Shown one piece after another: positions 8,993 through 17,830 of a stretch of DNA of 64,000 nucleotides. Below the pieces are notes generated by a model. That model did no database searches, was not told the origin of the DNA, and saw nothing but the letters and a program-made list of their open reading frames with translations. The translations under genes were made by a program, and so were the position numbers. Origin of the DNA: an uncultured delta proteobacterium (lineage in GTDB: Bacteria; Desulfobacterota; Binatia; Binatales; Binataceae); NCBI GenBank assembly GCA_963724765.1, contig CAVRVY010000003.1, positions 288,001-352,000 on the forward strand, in the 5' to 3' direction. The first letter of the stretch is position 1; the number at the start of each line of letters is the position of its first letter.

Positions 8993-11404
8993 GTGTCTAC
9001 GCAGCCGACATTCGACGACCTCATCCAGGCAATGATCCAAAGCGAGAGCAGCGGTCGCCCAGATGCCCGCGGTGCTAAGGGCGAGCTTGGTCTTCTCCAA
9101 ATCATGCCGAAGACCGCCAAGGATTACGGCATCACCGATCCCCGCATGCTGCTTGACCCGAAGATAAACAAGGCCGTCGGCTCGCGTATCCTCATTGACC
9201 TGCTGAAGAAGTATCGCGGCGACGTGCACAAGGCGCTCGAGGCGTACAACGCCGGCCGCGGGCGAGTCGATAAGGGTCGCGTGCCGGCGTCGAGCATCGC
9301 TTACGCGGACAAGGTAATCGGACGCGCGGGCGCTCGACCTTCGGCTGCGGAGACGGCAACTCGCGCAACCGTCGGATCGCAGACGCCGCGATTTTCGGCG
9401 AGCATGATGGAGAGCGCGCCGCCTTCTCCGGGCGCGGCTGGCGAGAGTCTGCGCGAGCGTTTGCTCCGAGTTTTCGCTCCTGCATCGGCCTCGGCTGCTG
9501 AAACGTCGAACGTCAAAGAGATCCCGAGCGTCGGACCTCCCGCTGATGTCGATACACGGATCGCGGCGAAGCTAGCGGACCGCAGCGTCAGCCCGTCCGA
9601 CATCGACGCCCGAATCGAAGCGAAGCTAAGGGGCGGGACTTCGAGCGCCGCGCCGGCGAAGACTGCACGAGGCGTGCCGATTCCGCCCGGCGCAAAGGTC
9701 GGCGGCGCCCGTACGGGCACCGTGCCAATTCCGCCGGGGGCTAGCATCGGCGCACCCGTTACCGGCGCTGGCCCAACCGGAAAGCCGCTGCCGCTTGCCG
9801 TCCGTGCTGCCGACTGGCTACCGATGGCCGGTCAGATCGGCGGCGAATTGGCCGGCGGCGCTCTTGGCATTGAGAGCGGACCGGGCGACATCGCGGCCAT
9901 TGGAGCGGGCGGTGGTTTGGGCGAAGGCTTGGGCGCGGAGGCGGACACTGGCGTGCGCGCGCTCTATGGCCAGCCCTACAAGAGCCAACCGCAGCTCGCC
10001 AAGGAAGCGGGAGAAGCGGCCGGCATCAGCGGCGGCGGCGCGTTGATTACGCCCGCGCTCAAGATCATCGCTCCATCTAAACTCAAGGCTGCCATTGAAG
10101 CCTCGCGCGCCTACAAGTCGGCGGGAGCGGCGGCCGAGGACGTGACGACGAAGCTACGCAACCTGCTCGGGATGGACGCCGATACGGCCCTGCAGACGAC
10201 GCTTTCGCCGCAAGCCAAGGCCGACCTTGCGGCAGCATATGCGGGCGCCCGCCGCGCCGGTTTCGACCAGATCAGCAAAGTCTACCAAGACGTGCTCGGC
10301 CCCTACTTTCATCGCATGACCCCAAACGCATCGGCGAAGGCTTTTAGCGACTTCGCGAACAAACACGGCGCGCAATCCGTCAGGCTGCTCGACGGCGGAA
10401 TCGACTTCACCCGGCCGACCGTCCGCATGATCCAGCAGTTCAGGAGCAATGTCGCAAAAGCGATGCGTCAGGCCAACATGGACCGTGACCGCGCGCTGAT
10501 CGGCGACCTCTACAAGCTCGAGCACACCGCGGACTCCGACATCAAGGCAGTCCTTCCCGCTGACCGCGCGCTCCGCTACGACCGCATCAACGCCGCGCGC
10601 GCCGACTTCAGCTCACAGATGCCCGGTGCCAAACTGCGCGCGATGTGGAACGCGCCGAGCTCCAGCAAGGCGATCGAGGAAATCCTCAAAAGCGACCCAC
10701 GCCAGATCGCTACGCTGCTCCGCAACGTCGACCAGCTACCGGCCCGCGATCGCGTTAAGGCGCTGACCAGTCTTAAAAACGCGACCGGCGCATGGATCTA
10801 TCGCCAGGCTGCGAACATCCCGAAGTCCGAAGGCCAGGCGGCGGCTCTCGAAGCGTTCGGCAAGGCGGTTCACGACGTACCCGACGCGGCCTTCGCTCGA
10901 CTCTACGGCCCCGGCACCAAGGAGCGGATGGAGGCCGCGACCGATGCGACGCTTCGATTCCACGAGAAGATGTTGCGCTATCCAAACCTCGCGATGGCCG
11001 TGGCTGCGGAAGTAAGGGCGAGACCGATGCCGTGGATCGTGAAGCACGCTCACTATGCAGCGTTCTACGCGCTCTATCCGCTGATTCGCGGGAACCCGGA
11101 GGAAGCCGCACTCGCGCTCGCGATTGGCTTCACGCCAATCGGATTGCACGCGATGCTCGACAATCCCGCCATGCAGGCGCTCTACATCCGCGCGCTCACG
11201 GCCAAGGATCCGAAAGCGATCGCGGACGGGATACGCACGCTGTTGACCGCGCTGGCGGCCCAGGAGCTCCGCGAGCCAATGCCCAAGACGCCACCGCCAG
11301 CACCCCCCGGAGCGCCGCCACCAGGAGCAACGCCAGCCGGAATGCCAGCCAGGATGCCGGCGCCGGGCGCGCGACCGTCAGGGATGCCGGGAATGCTGCC
11401 ATGA
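8993..11404 (+). CDS. Lytic transglycosylase (SLT) domain fused to a long Ala/Gly-rich region; probable virion ejection protein
   Basis: IQSESSG, GELGLLQIMPKT and ALEAYNAG are SLT motifs I-III; Gly-rich hydrophobic hairpin; GGAGG RBS. Confidence 0.8.
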   Translation: MSTQPTFDDLIQAMIQSESSGRPDARGAKGELGLLQIMPKTAKDYGITDPRMLLDPKINKAVGSRILIDLLKKYRGDVHKALEAYNAGRGRVDKGRVPASSIAYADKVIGRAGARPSAAETATRATVGSQTPRFSASMMESAPPSPGAAGESLRERLLRVFAPASASAAETSNVKEIPSVGPPADVDTRIAAKLADRSVSPSDIDARIEAKLRGGTSSAAPAKTARGVPIPPGAKVGGARTGTVPIPPGASIGAPVTGAGPTGKPLPLAVRAADWLPMAGQIGGELAGGALGIESGPGDIAAIGAGGGLGEGLGAEADTGVRALYGQPYKSQPQLAKEAGEAAGISGGGALITPALKIIAPSKLKAAIEASRAYKSAGAAAEDVTTKLRNLLGMDADTALQTTLSPQAKADLAAAYAGARRAGFDQISKVYQDVLGPYFHRMTPNASAKAFSDFANKHGAQSVRLLDGGIDFTRPTVRMIQQFRSNVAKAMRQANMDRDRALIGDLYKLEHTADSDIKAVLPADRALRYDRINAARADFSSQMPGAKLRAMWNAPSSSKAIEEILKSDPRQIATLLRNVDQLPARDRVKALTSLKNATGAWIYRQAANIPKSEGQAAALEAFGKAVHDVPDAAFARLYGPGTKERMEAATDATLRFHEKMLRYPNLAMAVAAEVRARPMPWIVKHAHYAAFYALYPLIRGNPEEAALALAIGFTPIGLHAMLDNPAMQALYIRALTAKDPKAIADGIRTLLTALAAQELREPMPKTPPPAPPGAPPPGATPAGMPARMPAPGARPSGMPGMLP

Positions 11405-11424
11405 TTCCGCGTGACGGAAATGCA

Positions 11425-11438
11425 TCCTATGCGCATAG
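11425..11438. repeat. Dispersed palindrome copy 6 (TCCTATGCGCATAG)
   Basis: About 20 bp after the SLT gene stop. Confidence 0.85.
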
Positions 11439-11627
11439 CGGCCATCTTCCGGGGCTGGACGGCGATGGAGACGTGCCGGCGTGCGCGCAGACACTCAAGG
11501 CGCGCGAACTCCCTTCGTCGATGCCCGCGAGACCATGCGATGCCGAACAAAACTCGGCCTCTGGCGCGTCGCGCCGCGGCGCGGCACCACAGGTAGCGGC
11601 GAAACCGGCAGAGGGAGGCTTTTGCTG

Positions 11628-12035
11628 ATGTACGCCGATGAACTCCGTTCGATGTTCTGCGAGGTTGCCGGAATTTCTAGCTTGGAACTCGCGACCGAGC
11701 AGTGGGCCTCTCGACTCGGGATAATCTTCTCCGAAATCGGCCAGCCGCTCGCCAAGGTGATTCAACGTCGACGCGACCAAGGGCGCAGCAAAGGGCCAAG
11801 CATCACCTTCGTTCGGGCCTGGGTTGCGAAGCTGTGCAAGCGCCTCGAGACCGACGCCGACGAACGCGAGCGGATCGCGCAACTCAAGACTGCTCTCGCT
11901 GAGAGGGTTTATGAGATTCAGACGGCGAAGGCCGCCGGGGTTACGAAGTCGCGCGTTGCAGTCGCGGCTCAAGTGCGCGCGCGCGTCTGTCGTGCGGCGC
12001 ATGAGTCCAGCGCGGTCACCTTGAGCGGTAGCTAA
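11628..12035 (+). CDS. Hypothetical phage protein
   Basis: GGAGG RBS before the ATG (MYADELR), in frame with ORF 11481-12035. Confidence 0.55.
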   Translation: MYADELRSMFCEVAGISSLELATEQWASRLGIIFSEIGQPLAKVIQRRRDQGRSKGPSITFVRAWVAKLCKRLETDADERERIAQLKTALAERVYEIQTAKAAGVTKSRVAVAAQVRARVCRAAHESSAVTLSGS

Positions 12036-12096
12036 CGAATGGGCGCCCGTGCGCGTGCTGGCCGCACAACATCAAACTTCGACGGAGGTCGAGACA

Positions 12097-12234
12097 ATGA
12101 GACGGAAAGATGAGAGTCCGATGGAAGAGGCCGAAAAGAAAGTGGTCGAGCGCACCAGCGGGCGGCACTCGCGCCGGCATCACGCACGCGGCGTCAAGCG
12201 GGTCAGGCGCCGTAAGGTCGCTCGATCCAGCTAG
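12097..12234 (+). CDS. Small Arg/His-rich (protamine-like) protein
   Basis: GGAGG RBS; GRHSRRHHARGVKRVRRRKVARSS. Confidence 0.5.
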   Translation: MRRKDESPMEEAEKKVVERTSGRHSRRHHARGVKRVRRRKVARSS

Positions 12235-12244
12235 CCCAAGTTCC

Positions 12245-12517
12245 ATGAGCCTACCAAACCCGCCCCTGCCGGCAGCGGCCCAGCTCGCACGCTGTCGTTG
12301 GAGCGCAGAGTCTTCCGACCAGGACGCGCGCAAGGCAGCGGCGCAGGCGCTCGCAAATCGCCGCTGGGGAAAGTCGACGGCGGAGGAACGTGCGGCGTTC
12401 GGGCTGAAGCTCAGACAGGCGCGGGCCAAACACCGACGCGCCCCAACAGCCGCGCAAGTATCCGGGCTCCTGACCTCGCGGCGCGGGAAACCCAGCGCGG
12501 CGCCCTCGGGCGAGTAG
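12245..12517 (+). CDS. Small basic hypothetical protein
   Basis: ARKAAAQALANRRWGKSTAEERAA, resembling small basic phage proteins. Confidence 0.5.
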   Translation: MSLPNPPLPAAAQLARCRWSAESSDQDARKAAAQALANRRWGKSTAEERAAFGLKLRQARAKHRRAPTAAQVSGLLTSRRGKPSAAPSGE

Positions 12518-12522
12518 CTGAG

Positions 12523-12540
12523 TTCCTATGCGCATAGGAA
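12523..12540. repeat. Dispersed palindrome copy 7 (TTCCTATGCGCATAGGAA)
   Basis: Perfect 18-bp palindrome between the stop at 12517 and the ssb start at 12547. Confidence 0.9.
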
Positions 12541-12546
12541 TCTGAT

Positions 12547-13026
12547 GTGAACAGGATCGTTCTCTTTGGCCGACTTGGGCGTAACCCGGATCTGCGGGTC
12601 GCGCACCCGGTTTGCCGATTCTCGCTGGCGGTCCACGAGCCCTACACCGACAGCGGCACGGGCGAGAGGATCGAGCGCGTCACGTGGTTCCAAATCGTGG
12701 CGTGGGACCGGCTTTCTGAGATCGCGTCGCAGTATTTGCACAAGGGCGACCAGGTTCTGGTCGAGGGCCGAGTTCAGCTTCGCGAGTTCAAAGGCAGAGA
12801 CGGAACCAAGCGCGCGATGCTCCAGGTGATCGCTCACCGGCTCGAGTTCGGCGCCAAGTCACGGCGCACCGATGCGGACAACCCCGCGCCGGCCGACGAC
12901 CACGATCGCGACGGCGAAGACGCGCCGATAGATTTCACCGAGGACTTAGAGGGCTTCACCGATGACCTAGCGGCCGATGGTGCGGAAGACTTGACAGCGC
13001 TCGACGACGACAGCTTCCCGGTCTGA
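12547..13026 (+). CDS. ssb: Single-stranded DNA-binding protein
   Basis: NRIVLFGRLGRNPDLR, TWFQIVAW, YLHKGDQVLVEGR; acidic tail ending DDDSFPV. Confidence 0.93.
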   Translation: MNRIVLFGRLGRNPDLRVAHPVCRFSLAVHEPYTDSGTGERIERVTWFQIVAWDRLSEIASQYLHKGDQVLVEGRVQLREFKGRDGTKRAMLQVIAHRLEFGAKSRRTDADNPAPADDHDRDGEDAPIDFTEDLEGFTDDLAADGAEDLTALDDDSFPV

Positions 13027-13050
13027 AGTCAGGAATGGCCGCCACGAGCC

Positions 13051-13338
13051 TCAGTGCTGGTAGGGGAGTTGGTTTGACCCCGTATTAACGCTGTAGGCAT
13101 TCAAGCCTTGCAGGATGGCTGAACAAGACGACGGATCGTCAGGGTGGGCATCCACGCATTTTCGATAATCCGCGAGCAGCGCGTTTTGCGCCGAGGCGGA
13201 TCGATTCACTTCACAGTTGTTGACGTCGCCGGCGGTAACTGCGACCCAGCGGCACGGATCGTCGGGCGTCAGACCGGCCATGCAACCCGAAATGAGCAAG
13301 CCCATAAGCGCGAGCGCGGCAGAGTAGCGAAGTTTCAT
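13051..13338 (-). CDS. Small lipoprotein, translationally coupled to the integrase
   Basis: MKLRYSAALALMGLLISGC lipobox; ATGA overlap with the integrase stop. Confidence 0.65.
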   Translation of the reverse strand: MKLRYSAALALMGLLISGCMAGLTPDDPCRWVAVTAGDVNNCEVNRSASAQNALLADYRKCVDAHPDDPSSCSAILQGLNAYSVNTGSNQLPYQH

Positions 13339-14528
13339 CGCCCTTGCTCCAAAAGCCTGCCGTCTTCGACATGCTCCGGTCGGGCGGATTGCTCCGTGCC
13401 GGCCAGCATCAGCGCGGCGTTCCTCTCGAGCGCCTCGCGCACAGGGTCCAATTGCAGTCGTGCATATACTGCGGTGCTGACGGAATTGGAATGATTCAGC
13501 GCGCGTCCGATGAGCGGCAGGCTGTAGCCCTGTGCGGCAAGCCACGACCCGAGCGTCCTGCGCAGGTCGTGAACGCGCACATCGGGTACACCAGCGCGCC
13601 CGCGGATGCGCTGCCAGGCGCTTGCGACCTCGACCAGATGGCCCGTGGCGCCGCGGCTTGGGAATAGCCACTCGCTCTCACCGTGGCTCGGCAGCGTGCG
13701 AAGCATCTCAGCGGCCGGCGTCGGCAGCGGTAGCAGATGCGATCGCCCAGCCTTGGTTATCGGCAGCCGCAGCGTCCGCTGCTCCAGGTCGACGTCCGCC
13801 CAGCGCGCCGCCAGCATCTCAGTCTTGCGCGTCCCAAGCATCAGGCTCAGCGGAAAGTACGCACGCCAACGCCAGTCCGGCTCAGCGGCAAGCGCGTTGT
13901 TGACCCGGCGCAGCTCATCAGGCGATAGAAAGCGCTCGCGCGGTTCCTCGCGGAATAGCTTGATGCGTGCGGCCGGATTCTCGCCGGCATGCAGCTTCAA
14001 ATCATGGGCGATGTTGAACATCGTGCGCAGCAGAACCGTGGTGCGGTTGCTCTCGTACAGGCCACGCTCGCGCCGGATGACCTGTTGCATGGTCACGAGC
14101 TCATCGCGCGGAATGTCGCTCAGTCGGCGGGTTCCAAACCGCGGCACGAGATGCGCGTTGATTCGGCGTTCGTCCTCGCGCCAGGACTTCTTGTGCGGCT
14201 TCGCGTGCCTCTCCAGATACTTGTCCGCCAGCACCGTGAAGGTCGGCTCGTTGTGCTCGTTGTGCCGCGTTTCAGCCGGGTCTTTGCCCTCGGCGACAGC
14301 GGCCTTTATGGCGAGAACCTTACGACGCGCCGCAAGAACACTCAGCGCAGGGAACGGCCCGATCGTCACGCGGCGCATGCGACCTCTCACCCGCCCTTCC
14401 CACACGAAGGCCTTGGCGCCACCGGCGGTTATCCGCAGTGCGAAGCCCTTGAAGTCATCATCGCGGATGAACGCCTGTCCTGACTCCGGTGCTCTCGCTC
14501 GCTCAGCCACTAGCTTGGTGATTTTCAT
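13335..14528 (-). CDS. int: Tyrosine recombinase/integrase (P4-like, with arm-binding domain)
   Basis: GFALRITAGGAKAF...TIGPFP arm domain; GTRKTE, HDLRRT, LNHS and VY catalytic motifs. Confidence 0.95.
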   Translation of the reverse strand: MKITKLVAERARAPESGQAFIRDDDFKGFALRITAGGAKAFVWEGRVRGRMRRVTIGPFPALSVLAARRKVLAIKAAVAEGKDPAETRHNEHNEPTFTVLADKYLERHAKPHKKSWREDERRINAHLVPRFGTRRLSDIPRDELVTMQQVIRRERGLYESNRTTVLLRTMFNIAHDLKLHAGENPAARIKLFREEPRERFLSPDELRRVNNALAAEPDWRWRAYFPLSLMLGTRKTEMLAARWADVDLEQRTLRLPITKAGRSHLLPLPTPAAEMLRTLPSHGESEWLFPSRGATGHLVEVASAWQRIRGRAGVPDVRVHDLRRTLGSWLAAQGYSLPLIGRALNHSNSVSTAVYARLQLDPVREALERNAALMLAGTEQSARPEHVEDGRLLEQGR

Positions 14529-14665
14529 TTGTAGGCATAGTGTAGGCGATATGCACAGTTGAAGCCAGTAGATGAGGGTACACAATCAGAGCGAAATACT
14601 ATCGAAGCGATTAGTAAATCGTAGGCTATCGGACGTAGTGAGAAACTATCAGAGTATTCAGATTG

Positions 14666-14713
14666 TGAATGGCATTCAGGAGGTCGCGCGTTCGATCCGC
14701 GTCAGCTCCACCA
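14666..14713 (+). repeat. att site: 3' half of tRNA-Ala(GGC), copy 1
   Basis: TGAATGGCATTCAGGAGGTCGCGCGTTCGATCCGCGTCAGCTCCACCA contains anticodon loop, T-arm and CCA; the 5' half is absent. Confidence 0.9.
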
Positions 14714-14856
14714 ATAAAATCAAGGTTTTTTCCGTTATCGCGGTCGCTTCCAATCTGGCTTAGGTAGCAAATAGGTAACTGCGCTCGGTCTGCTGGGGTG
14801 CGAAATCAGCATCAGGCTCGTGCGCGCCCGTGCTTGTCTGGATGCGCCAGGTGGAC

Positions 14857-15237
14857 TCATCGCGGGCCGAGGGGCATCGATGCGTCGGGCGGCCCGTGTA
14901 CCCTGTCGAAGTCGCTGATCAATTGAATCATTTCACCCTTTAGGCGCTTCATCTCCTCTGCCGCCTGCTTCACTCGGTCTAGGCCGATCGCTTCAAGGCC
15001 CTTTGGCTGCCCATAAAAGCCCGCGGTGACCTGTTGAAGGCCCTTGAACGTCCGGGTGGCACGGCGACCTCGCTTCTTGAGGTCCGAGAGTTCTTGAGTC
15101 GCGACGAGCCCGTGAACGACTTTCATCACCTCCCCGATATGCTTGACGCGACTCTCCCATGCTTCGCTTAGCCCCATTAGATCTGAAACTTCGATCAGGG
15201 TTTGGATCGGCAACTCAAGGCTGTACATAGCGGCCAA
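14857..15237 (-). CDS. Hypothetical protein
   Basis: 126-aa ORF with helical composition. Confidence 0.45.
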   Translation of the reverse strand: MAAMYSLELPIQTLIEVSDLMGLSEAWESRVKHIGEVMKVVHGLVATQELSDLKKRGRRATRTFKGLQQVTAGFYGQPKGLEAIGLDRVKQAAEEMKRLKGEMIQLISDFDRVHGPPDASMPLGPR

Positions 15238-15323
15238 GGCTACCAGTTTTCGCAGCTTTTTACAGAAACGGAGGGGCTTGCAGCCGAGGTCCGTAGCGGA
15301 GTTCTACTTTCGAAAGTAACGGC

Positions 15324-15830
15324 TCAGGTGAGCGTGCCGTTCGTGGCAGGGGGTGGCGGCGCGCTGGCTGGCGCGGGCGAGGATGCGGCTGCCTCGATCT
15401 CTTCCGCGGTGGCATTGGCCAGCGCGAGCCATCGCGACTCACTGACCTTGCGGGCGGCATCGTATCGCAACGCGCGCTCGGCGGCCGGCGAGAGGCCAAG
15501 CTGCGCGGCGAGTTGCCCGAGGCGGGCGGCGATGCGCGTGAGCTGATCAGCGATCGCATTCGGCCGGCCCAGCTCGTCGACGGGCTCCGCCTTTACGCCG
15601 TGGAGGTCGACGAAGCGCACCCAGAGCGCGCCATACGTGTAAAGCAGTGTCGCGAAGTGGGGGGCCTCGAGCCAAGTGGCATGCTTCCGGATCTTCCGCA
15701 CGACTCGGACGCGCTCATCGCGCTTGCGCGCAGCGCGCGATGGGGTCGGTCGGGCTGGGGCCAGTTCGGTCACTTTCTCACCGTTCATTACTGCCGATAG
15801 TGGAATGCTGTCGCGCGGTCTGGAAGCCAA
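15324..15830 (-). CDS. Putative phage terminase small subunit (P27-like)
   Basis: C-terminal LGQLAAQLGLSPAAERAL resembles the GL(T/S)PAxR motif of P27-type TerS. Confidence 0.45.
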   Translation of the reverse strand: MASRPRDSIPLSAVMNGEKVTELAPARPTPSRAARKRDERVRVVRKIRKHATWLEAPHFATLLYTYGALWVRFVDLHGVKAEPVDELGRPNAIADQLTRIAARLGQLAAQLGLSPAAERALRYDAARKVSESRWLALANATAEEIEAAASSPAPASAPPPPATNGTLT

Positions 15831-16107
15831 CCCGATTCGGCAATGCGCCGCCGCATGCTCACGCCCGCGCAGGTGTTGGACTTAGCTGCACCATCAGCGT
15901 AGGTCTCGAAATGGCCGGGCGCGTCTCCCCTTCTCTCTGTTCAGCGCGGCGGGTTGGTTACCTTCGAAAGTAACGGGCCAAGGGCCGTCGCAACCTTGGG
16001 CAGGGAGCCTAGCCTCGGCCCAGGGTGTCGGCGCTTTAGCCCCGGAACGAGGAAACCCCGACAGTCTAGGTGCGTACTAAACTCTGCGCGACGGCTGGAG
16101 GCCGAAG

Positions 16108-16536
16108 ATGCCAGAAGAAACAACACCGAGTGAAGAATTACCGCCGGACGGTGTAGCGAGGCGGCTCGATCGCCTGGAACGGCGGCTGCTCCGGGAGCGC
16201 CGGGGTTGGCGGATCGCCTTGCTCGCCATCCTGGCGGCAATCGCCGCCGGACTGTTCCTGATCGCAATCGCCATTTTCACCCTCGCTTGCCATCATAGAC
16301 GGCCGCACGTGGTGATCGCGCCCGGGATGGGGATGGGCGGATACGGCAACATGCCGTATTACTGGCGCTTCGGCCCGCCACCACCCCCGCCATGGAGCTT
16401 CCCAGAGCGTGGTGGTCCGTGGGCCTGGGGGCCTCAGGGCAGTTGGCCAGCTCCGCGTCCCCGATCAGGACCAGGCGCACCGGAACTCCAGGCACCACGG
16501 ATGCCTTCGCAACCCTCGCCCACGCCCGGCGGATAG
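16108..16536 (+). CDS. Hypothetical single-pass membrane protein with Pro-rich tail
   Basis: GGAGG RBS; RLDRLERRL coiled segment followed by a TM helix. Confidence 0.65.
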   Translation: MPEETTPSEELPPDGVARRLDRLERRLLRERRGWRIALLAILAAIAAGLFLIAIAIFTLACHHRRPHVVIAPGMGMGGYGNMPYYWRFGPPPPPPWSFPERGGPWAWGPQGSWPAPRPRSGPGAPELQAPRMPSQPSPTPGG

Positions 16537-17830
16537 ACCGTCGCCCCGCTCTGCTGTTCGCGCTTGATCAGGTCGGCGTGCCGGTCGCAGACCTCAAGTT
16601 GTCGCAGCGGGCGGGCCCTGGTTGTCGACGTAACGGGCGATCGTAGTCGCGCGGTACTGGCGGCAGCCGACGCGTGAGCAGCGCGCCGCATAATCGCAGC
16701 GCAGTAGTTCAACCTCGGCGGCGCCGTCCACTCTCCGCGCAGTCCTGCTCAGGCATCGCGGAGCGACGTGATCATCTCGTCGATCTTCTTAATCCATTTT
16801 TCGAGATGGCGGCGCTTTTCCATCAGGAGATCGCGCGTCCGGACAGACTTGGGCGGCTGATTCTCCGCAAATTGTCCGCTTCTGTCAGGTTTCGAGGTCT
16901 GAAGGATTGGAAGCGCGATTCAAAAAGCCTTCGGGAGGCAGCAGCGCGCGGGTCGAACATCATTTAGCGTCCGCCCCAACATCGATCCCGCCCGGTAGTG
17001 AAACGAAAGCCCCCGCGAGTGTGTCGACGGTACCATTCAGCCGAATTCGAGACGTTCGAGGCTTGGCCAGCCGATCACGCTAGCGCCAAAAGCTCCATCC
17101 AATCGAGAGAAATTCTGAAGCCCTCCAGGATTCGAACCCACAGCCTCGCTTGGGAAATAGCCTACACCTCACCAGACGCACAACGAATTGAAGCCGGCGC
17201 ACCTACCGGCTGTCCGGTCATTTTGCTTGCCCGCTCAGCAATCGCTGTCTCCCTGTGGCGATAGGGCGTGGACCGCCGATGCCGATCTCTCCCATTGAAG
17301 TATCGCAGCGTATCGCTGCCAGTTCTCGGAGCACTGCACTGCTACTACGTGGTCTACATTTTCGGTCGGTTCAGGGATTATCGGTGGCCAATCACCGAGC
17401 ACTTGGGGCCTAATTCGATCCGGTGATCAGGACCGCTCTCAGGCCGCGCAAAGATTTTCTCTATGCTGTCTCTGCGGCAGAAGTAACTCGCGAACTCGAG
17501 GCGCCTGACTATCGACCTTCGATACCCTATCGACACGACGTCAATCCCTGGTGCATTGCGACATGGCGCTCCTTTACCTTGGTGTTTCACACCCTGCTTG
17601 TGGGGCATGAAGCGTGCCGAGCCGAGAGCTTACAGAAGCGGCGTCGTTTCCTACACTGCTTCGTTGACGGCCATGCCTATCGCAATATCGGCGATGCAAC
17701 TTGAAACATCCAGTCCTCCATGAGTGGACAATTAATAAGGATTTATGGCGTTAACGCACTCAGCATAGTTCCTGCTTCTGTCGGTATGTATGGCGTTCCA
17801 AGTCGTTCGGTACGGAGCGTAAAGGTAATC

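Larger units (their letters stand above)
1..14713. mobile_element. Integrated phage-satellite/prophage-like island 1; right end at the tRNA-Ala att, left end outside the window
   Basis: Integrase directly beside a tRNA 3' fragment; AlpA-type HTH, replication initiator, SSB and SLT-domain protein inside. Confidence 0.8.

Noticed and set aside
2966-12540. CRISPR array or integron attC array built from the palindrome
   Set aside because: Spacing is 0.5-3 kb and irregular, the repeat is only 14-18 bp, there are no cas genes or attC R/L boxes, and the integrase is P4-like rather than IntI
12523-12540. Protelomerase (hairpin telomere) site or intrinsic terminator
   Set aside because: Too short and multi-copy for a tel site, and no protelomerase is seen; no loop or U-tract for a terminator
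14640-14713. Intact tRNA-Ala gene
   Set aside because: The upstream sequence lacks the acceptor 5' strand and D-arm; only the 3' half is present, at both this site and 33579
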